Source of the DNA: a virus
Taxonomy: Duplodnaviria; Heunggongvirae; Uroviricota; Caudoviricetes
DNA length: 6,498 nt
Virus record (IMG/VR): IMGVR_UViG_2681813233_000001
Strand: one strand, 5' to 3'
The position numbers and the translations under genes are program-made. The notes under the pieces are model-generated. The model saw nothing but the letters and a program-made list of their open reading frames with translations, made no database searches and had not been told where the DNA came from. This document shows positions 1 to 6,173 of the stretch, in pieces; the first letter of the stretch is position 1; each line of letters begins with the position of its first letter.

Positions 1-63
1 GCATTTGAATCCGGGCTGCGACAATCAACAGAGGAGGAGAAGAGTGACAGCAGAGCTGCGTAA
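1..63 (+). CDS. B: Portal protein gpB, C-terminal fragment (CDS starts upstream of the window)
   Basis: Frame 1 is open from the window edge to TAA at 61-63 (AFESGLRQSTEEEKSDSRAA*). It overlaps the C start at 44 by 20 nt, as at the lambda B/C junction. Only 20 codons are visible, so the identity rests on synteny and memory of lambda. Confidence 0.55.
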   Translation, partial: AFESGLRQSTEEEKSDSRAA

Positions 64-1363
64 TCTCCCGCATATTGCCAGCATGGCCTTTAATGAGCCG
101 CTGATGCTTGAACCCGCCTATGCGCGGGTTTTCTTTTGTGCGCTTGCAGGCCAGCTTGGGATCAGCCGCCTGACGGATGCGGTGTCCGGCGACAGCCTGA
201 CTGCCCAGGAGGCACCCGCGACGCTGGCATTATCCGGTGATGATGACGGACCACGACAGGCCCGCAGTTATCAGGTCATGAACGGCATCGCCGTGCTGCC
301 GGTGTCCGGCACGCTGGTCAGCCGGACGCGGGCGCTGCAGCCGTATTCGGGAATGACCGGTTACAACGGCATTATCGCCCGTCTGCAACAGGCTGCCAGC
401 GATCCGATGGTGGACGGCATTCTGCTCGATATGGACACACCGGGCGGGATGGTGGCGGGAGCATTTGACTGCGCTGACATCATCGCCCGTGTGCGTGACA
501 TAAAACCGGTATGGGCGCTGGCCAACGACATGAACTGCAGTGCAGGTCAGCTGCTTGCCAGCGCCGCCTCCCGGCGTCTGGTCACGCAGACCGCCCGGAC
601 AGGCTCCATCGGCGTCATGATGGCTCACAGTAATTACGGTGCTGCGCTGGAGAAACAGGGCGTGGAAATCACGCTGATTTACAGCGGCAGCCATAAGGTG
701 GATGGCAACCCCTACAGCCATCTACCGGATGACGTCCGGGAAACACTGCAGTCCCGGATGGATGCAACCCGCCGGATGTTTGCGCAGAAGGTGTCGGCAT
801 ATACCGGCCTGTCCGTGCAGGCTGTGCTGGATACCGAGGCTGCAGTGTACAGCGGTCAGGAGGCCATTGATGCCGGACTGGCTGATGAACTTGTCAACAG
901 CACCGATGCGATCACCGTTATGCGTGATGCACTGGATGCACGTAAATCCCGTCTCTCAGGAGGGCGAATGACCAAAGAGACTCAATCAACAACTGTTTCA
1001 GCCACTGCTTCGCAGGCTGACGTTACTGACGTGGTGCCAGCGACGGAGGGCGAAAACGCCAGCGCGGCGCAGCCGGACGTGAACGCGCAGATCACCGCTG
1101 CGGTTGCGGCAGAAAACAGCCGCATTATGGGGATCCTCAACTGTGAGGAGGCTCACGGACGCGAAGAACAGGCCCGCGTGCTGGCAGAAACCCCCGGTAT
1201 GACCGTGGAAACGGCCCGCCGCATTCTGGCCGCAGCACCACAGAGTGCACAGGCGCGCAGTGACACTGCGCTGGATCGTCTGATGCAGGGGGCACCGGCA
1301 CCGCTGGCTGCAGGTAACCCGGCATCTGATGCCGTTAACGATTTGCTGAACACACCAGTGTAA
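44..1363 (+). CDS. C: Head maturation protease / minor capsid protein gpC (S49/ClpP-like serine protease), 439 aa
   Basis: GTG start at 44 preceded by GAGGAGGAG (31-39); 439-codon ORF ending TAA 1361-1363. Translation VTAELRNLPHIASMAFNEPLMLEPAYARV... matches lambda gpC as I remember it. Candidate catalytic Ser166 (codon AGT 539-541) lies in an NCSAGQ motif. The ORF-track start at 5 (TTG) lies inside the B reading region and has no ribosome-binding site. Confidence 0.9.
   Translation: MTAELRNLPHIASMAFNEPLMLEPAYARVFFCALAGQLGISRLTDAVSGDSLTAQEAPATLALSGDDDGPRQARSYQVMNGIAVLPVSGTLVSRTRALQPYSGMTGYNGIIARLQQAASDPMVDGILLDMDTPGGMVAGAFDCADIIARVRDIKPVWALANDMNCSAGQLLASAASRRLVTQTARTGSIGVMMAHSNYGAALEKQGVEITLIYSGSHKVDGNPYSHLPDDVRETLQSRMDATRRMFAQKVSAYTGLSVQAVLDTEAAVYSGQEAIDAGLADELVNSTDAITVMRDALDARKSRLSGGRMTKETQSTTVSATASQADVTDVVPATEGENASAAQPDVNAQITAAVAAENSRIMGILNCEEAHGREEQARVLAETPGMTVETARRILAAAPQSAQARSDTALDRLMQGAPAPLAAGNPASDAVNDLLNTPV
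968..1363 (+). CDS. Nu3: Capsid scaffolding protein Nu3, nested in-frame in the 3' third of C (131 aa from ATG 968; alternative in-frame ATG at 758 gives 201 aa)
   Basis: In-frame ATG at 968 preceded by AGGAGGG (958-964), same frame and stop as C. The product (MTKETQSTTVSATASQADV...) is Ala/Gln/Glu-rich and low-complexity, typical of a scaffold. The lambda database entry places the start at the ATG equivalent to 758, which has no obvious ribosome-binding site here. The end coordinate is certain; the start is ambiguous. Confidence 0.6.
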   Translation: MTKETQSTTVSATASQADVTDVVPATEGENASAAQPDVNAQITAAVAAENSRIMGILNCEEAHGREEQARVLAETPGMTVETARRILAAAPQSAQARSDTALDRLMQGAPAPLAAGNPASDAVNDLLNTPV

Positions 1364-1372
1364 GGGATGTTT

Positions 1373-1705
1373 ATGACGAGCAAAGAAACCTTTACCCATT
1401 ACCAGCCGCTGGGCAACAGTGACCCGGCTCATACCGCAACCGCGCCCGGCGGATTGAGTGCGAAAGCGCCTGCAATGACCCCGCTGATGCTGGACACCTC
1501 CACCCGTAAGCTGGTTGCGTGGGATGGCACCACCGACGGTGCTGCCGTTGGCATTCTTGCGGTTGCTGCTGACCAGACCAGCACCACACTGACGTTCTAC
1601 AAGTCCGGCACGTTCCGTTATGAGGATGTGCTCTGGCCGGAGGCTGCCAGCGACGAGACGAAAAAACGGACCGCGTTTGCCGGAACGGCAATCAGCATCG
1701 TTTAA
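1373..1705 (+). CDS. D: Head decoration protein gpD, 110 aa
   Basis: ATG 1373 with AAGGGA (1362-1367) 5 nt upstream; stop TAA 1703-1705. Translation [27 protein letters not shown]... matches lambda gpD. The ATG at 1367 is in frame but overlaps the ribosome-binding site. Confidence 0.9.
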   Translation: MTSKETFTHYQPLGNSDPAHTATAPGGLSAKAPAMTPLMLDTSTRKLVAWDGTTDGAAVGILAVAADQTSTTLTFYKSGTFRYEDVLWPEAASDETKKRTAFAGTAISIV

Positions 1706-1726
1706 CCTTACCCTTCATCACTAAAG

Positions 1727-1747
1727 GCCGCCTGTGCGGCTTTTTTT
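1727..1747 (+). terminator. Intrinsic-terminator-like hairpin between D and E: GCCGC-CTGT-GCGGC followed by TTTTTTT
   Basis: Perfect 5-bp GC stem 1727-1731 / 1736-1740 with a 4-nt loop, extendable by A:U pairs, followed by a T7 run at 1741-1747 and a second T7 run at 1754-1760 directly before the E start codon. Confidence 0.4.
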
Positions 1748-1760
1748 ACGGGATTTTTTT

Positions 1761-2786
1761 ATGTCGATGTACACAACCGCCCAGCTGCTGGCGGCAAATG
1801 AGCAGAAATTTAAGTTTGATCCGCTGTTTCTGCGTCTCTTTTTCCGTGAGAGCTATCCCTTCACCACGGAGAAAGTCTATCTCTCACAAATTCCGGGACT
1901 GGTAAACATGGCGCTGTACGTTTCGCCGATTGTTTCCGGTGAGGTTATCCGTTCCCGTGGCGGCTCCACCTCTGAATTTACGCCGGGATATGTCAAGCCG
2001 AAGCATGAGGTGAATCCGCAGATGACCCTGCGTCGCCTGCCGGATGAAGATCCGCAGAATCTGGCGGACCCGGCTTACCGCCGCCGTCGCATCATCCTGC
2101 AGAACATGCGTGACGAAGAGCTGGCCATTGCTCAGGTCGAAGAGATGCAGGCAGTTTCTGCCGTGCTTAAGGGCAAATACACCATGACCGGTGAAGCCTT
2201 CGATCCGGTTGAGGTGGATATGGGCCGCAGTGCGGCGAACAACATCACGCAGTCCGGCGGCACGGAGTGGAGCAAGCGTGACAAGTCCACGTATGACCCG
2301 ACCGACGATATCGAAGCCTATGCGCTGAACGCCAGCGGAGTGGTGAATATCATCGTGTTTGATCCGAAAGGCTGGGCGCTGTTCCGTTCCTTCAAAGCCG
2401 TCAAGGAGAAGCTGGATACCCGTCGCGGCTCTAATTCCGAGCTGGAGACAGCGGTAAAAGACCTGGGCAAAGCGGTGTCCTATAAGGGGATGTATGGCGA
2501 TACGGCGATCGTCGTGTATTCCGGACAGTACGTGGAAAACGACGTCAAAAAGAACTTCCTGCCGGACAACACGATGGTGCTGGGGAACACTCAGGCACGC
2601 GGTCTGCGCACCTATGGCTGCATTCAGGATGCGGACGCACAGCGCGAAGGCATTAACGCCTCTGCCCGTTACCCGAAAAACTGGGTGACCACCGGCGATC
2701 CGGCGCGTGAGTTCACCATGATTCAGTCAGCACCGCTGATGCTGCTGGCTGACCCTGATGCGTTCGTGTCCGTACAACTGGCGTAA
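1761..2786 (+). CDS. E: Major capsid protein gpE, 341 aa
   Basis: ATG 1761, stop TAA 2784-2786. Translation MSMYTTAQLLAANEQKFKFDPLFLRLFFRESYPFTTEKVYL... matches lambda gpE. The ORF-track start at 1734 would place the start codon inside the upstream hairpin and T-run. Confidence 0.95.
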   Translation: MSMYTTAQLLAANEQKFKFDPLFLRLFFRESYPFTTEKVYLSQIPGLVNMALYVSPIVSGEVIRSRGGSTSEFTPGYVKPKHEVNPQMTLRRLPDEDPQNLADPAYRRRRIILQNMRDEELAIAQVEEMQAVSAVLKGKYTMTGEAFDPVEVDMGRSAANNITQSGGTEWSKRDKSTYDPTDDIEAYALNASGVVNIIVFDPKGWALFRSFKAVKEKLDTRRGSNSELETAVKDLGKAVSYKGMYGDTAIVVYSGQYVENDVKKNFLPDNTMVLGNTQARGLRTYGCIQDADAQREGINASARYPKNWVTTGDPAREFTMIQSAPLMLLADPDAFVSVQLA

Positions 2787-2788
2787 TC

Positions 2789-2815
2789 ATGGCCCTTCGG
2801 GGCCATTTTCTCTCT
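2789..2815 (+). terminator. Hairpin with UUCG-type tetraloop plus T-rich tail immediately 3' of E (ATGGCCC-TTCG-GGGCCAT-TTTCTCTCT)
   Basis: Perfect 7-bp stem 2789-2795 / 2800-2806 with loop TTCG 2796-2799, followed by the T-rich tract 2807-2815. It begins 3 nt after the E stop and sits just upstream of the FI ribosome-binding site. Confidence 0.4.
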
Positions 2816-2846
2816 GTGGAGGAGTCCATGACGAAAGATGAACTGA

Positions 2847-3224
2847 TTGCCCGTCTTCAGGTCGCTGGGTGAGCAACTGAACCGTGATGTCAGCCTGACG
2901 GGGACGAAAGAAGAACTGGTGCTCCGTGTGGCAGAGCTGGAAGAGGAGCTTGATGACACGGATGACGCTGCCGGTCAGGACACATCTGTCAGCCCGGAAA
3001 ATGCGCTGACCGGACATGAAAATGAGGTGGTATCAGCGCAGCCGGATACCGTGATTGATACGGCTGCTCTGGTCACGGTCGTGGCACTGGTGACGCTGCA
3101 TACTGATGCACTTCACGCCACGCGGGATGAGCCTGTGGCATTTGTGCTGCCGGGAACGGCGTTTCGTGTCTCTGCCGGTGTGGCAGCCGAAATGACAGAA
3201 CGCGGCCTGGCCAGAATGCAATAA
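2847..3224 (+). CDS. FI: gpFI-like DNA-packaging / head assembly protein, 5' end frameshifted relative to its native ATG at 2828 (possible pseudogene or sequencing error)
   Basis: The ORF 2847-3224 encodes ...SLGEQLNRDVSLTGTKEEL...DEPVAFVLPGTAFRVSAGVAAEMTERGLARMQ, matching lambda gpFI. The native-looking start ATG 2828 (GGAGGAG at 2818-2824) reads MTKDELIARLQVAG and stops at TGA 2870-2872 in a different frame. The long frame has only TTG 2847 as a start and no in-frame ATG until near its 3' end. Confidence 0.6.
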   Translation: MPVFRSLGEQLNRDVSLTGTKEELVLRVAELEEELDDTDDAAGQDTSVSPENALTGHENEVVSAQPDTVIDTAALVTVVALVTLHTDALHATRDEPVAFVLPGTAFRVSAGVAAEMTERGLARMQ

Positions 3225-3235
3225 CGGGAGGCGCT

Positions 3236-3589
3236 GTGGCTGATTTCGATAACCTGTTCGATGCTGCCATTGCCCGCGCCGATGAAACGATACGCGGGTA
3301 CATGGGAACGTCAGCCACCATGACATCCGGTGAGCAGTCCGGCGCAGTAATACGTGGTGTTTTTGATGATCCTGAAAATATCAGCTATGCCGGACAGGGC
3401 GTACGCGTTGAAGGCTCCAGCCCGTCCCTGTTTGTCCGGACTGATGATGTGCGGCAGCTGCGGCGCGGCGACACGCTGACCATCGGTGAGGAAAACTTCT
3501 GGATAGACCGGATTTCGCCGGATGATGGCGGAAGCTGTCATCTCTGGCTTGGGCGGGGCGTACCGCCTGCCGTTAACCGTCGCCGCTGA
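3236..3589 (+). CDS. FII: Head-tail joining protein gpFII, 117 aa
   Basis: GTG 3236 with GGGAGG (3226-3231) 4 nt upstream; stop TGA 3587-3589. Translation (V)ADFDNLFDAAIARADETIRGYMGTSAT... matches lambda gpFII. Confidence 0.9.
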   Translation: MADFDNLFDAAIARADETIRGYMGTSATMTSGEQSGAVIRGVFDDPENISYAGQGVRVEGSSPSLFVRTDDVRQLRRGDTLTIGEENFWIDRISPDDGGSCHLWLGRGVPPAVNRRR

Positions 3590-3600
3590 AAGGGGGATGT

Positions 3601-4179
3601 ATGGCCATAAAAGGTCTTGAGCAGGCCGTTGAAAACCTCAGCCGTATCAGCAGAACGGCGGTGCCCGGTGCCGCCGCAATGGCCATTAACCGCGTTGCTT
3701 CATCCGCGATATCGCAGTCGGCGTCACAGGTTGCCCGTGAGACAAAGGTACGCCGGAAACTGGTAAAGGAAAGGGCCAGGCTGAAAAGGGCCACGGTCAA
3801 AAATCCGCAGGCCAGAATCAGGGTTAACCGGGGGGATTTGCCCGTAATAAAGCTGGGTAACGCGCGGATTGTCCTGTCCCGACGCAGGCGTCGTAAAAAG
3901 GGGCAGCGTTCAGCCCTGAAAGGTGGCGGCAGCGTGCTTGTGGTGGGAAACCGTCGTATTCCCGGCGCGTTTATTCAGCAACTGAAAAATGGCCGCTGGC
4001 ATGTCATGCAGCGTGTGGCCGGGAAAAACCGTTACCCCATTGATGTGGTGAAAATCCCGATGGCGGTGCCGCTGACCACGGCGTTTAAACAGAATATTGA
4101 GCGGATACGGCGTGAGCGTCTTCCGAAAGAGCTGGGCTATGCGCTGCAGCATCAACTGAGGATGGTAATAAAGCGATGA
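3601..4179 (+). CDS. Z: Tail completion protein gpZ, 192 aa
   Basis: ATG 3601 with AAGGGGGA (3589-3596) upstream; stop TGA 4177-4179. Translation MAIKGLEQAVENLSRISRTAVPGAAAMAINRV... matches lambda gpZ. Confidence 0.9.
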   Translation: MAIKGLEQAVENLSRISRTAVPGAAAMAINRVASSAISQSASQVARETKVRRKLVKERARLKRATVKNPQARIRVNRGDLPVIKLGNARIVLSRRRRRKKGQRSALKGGGSVLVVGNRRIPGAFIQQLKNGRWHVMQRVAGKNRYPIDVVKIPMAVPLTTAFKQNIERIRRERLPKELGYALQHQLRMVIKR

Positions 4180-4571
4180 AACATACTGAACTCCGTGCAG
4201 CCGTACTGGATGCACTGGAGAAGCATGACACCGGGGCGACGTTTTTTGATGGTCGCCCCGCTGTTTTTGATGAGGCGGATTTTCCGGCAGTTGCCGTTTA
4301 TCTCACCGGCGCTGAATACACGGGCGAAGAGCTGGACAGCGATACATGGCAGGCGGAGCTGCATATCGAAGTTTTCCTGCCTGCTCAGGTGCCGGATTCA
4401 GAGCTGGATGCGTGGATGGAGTCCCGGATTTATCCGGTGATGAGTGATATCCCGGCACTGTCAGATTTGATCACCAGTATGGTGGCCAGCGGCTATGACT
4501 ACCGGCGCGACGATGATGCGGGCCTGTGGAGTTCAGCCGATCTGACTTATGTCATTACCTATGAAATGTGA
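4176..4571 (+). CDS. U: Tail terminator protein gpU, 131 aa
   Basis: ATG 4176 overlaps the Z stop (ATGA at 4176-4179); stop TGA 4569-4571. Translation [43 protein letters not shown]... matches lambda gpU. Confidence 0.9.
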   Translation: MKHTELRAAVLDALEKHDTGATFFDGRPAVFDEADFPAVAVYLTGAEYTGEELDSDTWQAELHIEVFLPAQVPDSELDAWMESRIYPVMSDIPALSDLITSMVASGYDYRRDDDAGLWSSADLTYVITYEM

Positions 4572-4578
4572 GGACGCT

Positions 4579-5319
4579 ATGCCTGTACCAAATCCTCTGG
4601 CACCGGTGAAAGGGGCCGGGACCACCCTGTGGGTTTATAAGGGGAGCGGTGACCCTTATGCAAACCCGCTTTCAGACGATGACTGGTCGCGTCTGGCAAA
4701 AGTTAAAGACCTGACGCCCGGCGAACTGACCGCTGAGTCCTATGACGACAGCTATCTCGATGATGAAGATGCAGACTGGACTGCGACCGGGCAGGGGCAG
4801 AAATCTGCCGGAGATACCAGCTTCACGCTGGCGTGGATGCCCGGAGAGCAGGGGCAGCAGGCGCTGCTGGCGTGGTTTAATGAAGGTGATACCCGTGCCT
4901 ATAAAATCCGCTTCCCGAACGGCACGGTCGATGTGTTCCGTGGCTGGGTCAGCAGTATCGGTAAGGCGGTGACGGCGAAGGAAGTGATCACCCGCACGGT
5001 GAAAGTCACCAACGTAGGACGTCCGTCGATGGCAGAAGATCGCAGCACGGTAACAGCGGCAACCGGCATGACCGTGACGCCAGCCAGCGCTTCCGTAGTG
5101 AAAGGGCAGAGCACCACGCTGACCGTGGCATTCCAGCCGGAGGGCGCAACTGACAAGAGCTTCCGTGCGGTGTCAGCGGATAAAACAAAAGCCACCGTGT
5201 CGGTCAGTGGTATGACCATCACCGTGAAAGGTGTTGCTGCAGGCAAGGTCAACATTCCGGTTGTATCCGGTAATGGTGAACTTGCTGTGGTTGCAGAAAT
5301 CACCGTCACCGACAGTTAA
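4579..5319 (+). CDS. V: Major tail tube protein gpV, 246 aa, with C-terminal Ig-like (Big_2-type) domain
   Basis: ATG 4579 with GAGGA (4570-4574) upstream; stop TAA 5317-5319. Translation [42 protein letters not shown]... matches lambda gpV. The ORF-track start at 4549 overlaps U and has no ribosome-binding site. Confidence 0.9.
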   Translation: MPVPNPLAPVKGAGTTLWVYKGSGDPYANPLSDDDWSRLAKVKDLTPGELTAESYDDSYLDDEDADWTATGQGQKSAGDTSFTLAWMPGEQGQQALLAWFNEGDTRAYKIRFPNGTVDVFRGWVSSIGKAVTAKEVITRTVKVTNVGRPSMAEDRSTVTAATGMTVTPASASVVKGQSTTLTVAFQPEGATDKSFRAVSADKTKATVSVSGMTITVKGVAAGKVNIPVVSGNGELAVVAEITVTDS

Positions 5320-5334
5320 TCCGGAGAGTCAGCG

Positions 5335-5757
5335 ATGTTCCTGAAAACCGAATCATTTGAACATAACGGTGTGACCGTCACGCTTTCTGAACTGTCAGCC
5401 CTGCAGCGTATTGAGCATCTCGCCCTGATGAAACGGCAGGCAGAACAGGCGGAGTCAGACAGCAACCGGAAGTTTACTGTGGAAGACGCCATCAGAACCG
5501 GCGCGTTTCTGGTGGCGATGTCCCTGTGGCATAACCATCCGCAGAAGACAAAGATGCCGTCCATGAATGAAGCCGTTAAACAAATTGAGCAGGAAGTGCT
5601 TACCACCTGGCCCACAGAGGCAATTTCTCATGCTGAAAACGTGGTAATGCGTCTGTCCGGTATGTATGAGTTTGTGGTGAATGATGCCCCTGAACAGGCA
5701 GAGGACGCCGGGCCTGCAGAGCCTGTTTCTGCGGGAAAGTGTTCGACGGTGAGCTGA
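5335..5757 (+). CDS. G: Tail assembly chaperone gpG, 140 aa
   Basis: ATG 5335 with GGAGAG (5323-5328) upstream; stop TGA 5755-5757. Translation MFLKTESFEHNGVTVTLSELSALQRIEHLALMKRQAEQ... matches lambda gpG. Confidence 0.9.
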   Translation: MFLKTESFEHNGVTVTLSELSALQRIEHLALMKRQAEQAESDSNRKFTVEDAIRTGAFLVAMSLWHNHPQKTKMPSMNEAVKQIEQEVLTTWPTEAISHAENVVMRLSGMYEFVVNDAPEQAEDAGPAEPVSAGKCSTVS

Positions 5758-6173
5758 GTTTTGCCCTGAAACTGGCGCGTGAGATGGGGCGACCCGACTG
5801 GCGTGCCATGCTTGCCGGGATGTCATCCACGGAGTATGCCGACTGGCACCGCTTTTACAGTACCCATTATTTTCATGATGTTCTGCTGGATATGCACTTT
5901 TCCGGGCTGACGTACACCGTGCTCAGCCTGTTTTTCAGCGATCCGGAGATGCATCCGCTGGATTTCAGTCTGCTGAACCGGCGCGAGGCTGACGAAGAGC
6001 CTGAAGATGATGTGCTGATGCAGAAAGCGGCAGGGCTTGCCGGAGGCGTTCGTTTTGGCCCGGACGGGAATGAAGTTATCCCCGCTTCCCCGGATGTGGC
6101 GGACATGACGGAGGATGACGTAATGCTGATGACAGTATCAGAAGGGATCGCAGGAGGAGTCCGGTATGGCTGA
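5335..6173 (+). CDS. T: Tail assembly chaperone G-T fusion made by programmed -1 ribosomal frameshift at 5733-5739; the T-frame portion is 5739-6173
   Basis: Slippery heptamer G_GGA_AAG at 5733-5739 in the G zero frame, 6 codons before the G stop. The -1 frame continues open from 5739 (VFDGELSFALKLAREMGRPDWRAMLAGMSSTEYADWH...) to TGA 6171-6173 and matches lambda gpT. The T frame has no ribosome-binding site or ATG of its own. Confidence 0.8.
5733..5739 (+). promoter_or_regulatory. -1 programmed ribosomal frameshift slippery site GGGAAAG (recoding signal for G-T)
   Basis: Heptamer of X_XXY_YYZ form, with GGA at 5734-5736 and AAG at 5737-5739 as zero-frame codons of G; the position matches the known lambda G/T frameshift site. 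Confidence 0.8.

Noticed and set aside
5-43. N-terminal extension of C to the TTG at 5, as given in the ORF track
   Set aside because: This segment belongs to the 3' end of portal gene B in another frame. The GTG at 44 has a strong ribosome-binding site and gives the expected 439-aa protein.
230-721. Minus-strand ORF of 163 aa inside C
   Set aside because: It lies entirely antisense to a confidently identified gene, has no ribosome-binding site, and its product is Gly/Ala/Arg/His-rich as expected from reading a GC-rich coding region backwards. The other minus-strand ORFs in the track (998-1432, 1137-1325, 1153-1383, 1392-1691, 2723-2959, 2787-3017, 3033-3326, 3073-3321, 3311-3541, 3573-3800, 3910-4215, 4152-4364, 4899-5309, 5006-5188, 5316-5615, 5455-5826, 5600-5830, 5873-6106, 6199-6450) are rejected for the same reason.
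702-971. Plus-strand alternate-frame ORFs inside known genes (702-971 in C, 2494-2688 in E, 4195-4440 in U, 4742-4972 in V)
   Set aside because: They are embedded out of frame in well-supported genes, have no ribosome-binding site, and their Arg/Cys/Trp-rich composition is typical of off-frame translation.
1367-1372. Upstream ATG at 1367 as the D start (MFMTSKETF)
   Set aside because: It overlaps the AAGGGA ribosome-binding site, leaving no spacer. ATG 1373 gives the 110-aa protein expected for gpD.
1734-1760. Upstream start for E at 1734 (MRLFLRDFFMSMY)
   Set aside because: The start codon would lie inside the hairpin and T-run. ATG 1761 gives the 341-aa major capsid protein beginning MSMYTTAQ.
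2818-2827. The 10-mer GGAGGAGTCC occurs twice (2818-2827 and 6151-6160)
   Set aside because: Both copies are simply Shine-Dalgarno regions, for FI and H. The match is too short to indicate a repeat element or recombination site.
4549-4578. Upstream ATG at 4549 as the V start ([14 protein letters not shown])
   Set aside because: It would overlap the U coding end by 23 nt with no ribosome-binding site. ATG 4579 has GAGGA at the right spacing and gives the 246-aa gpV.
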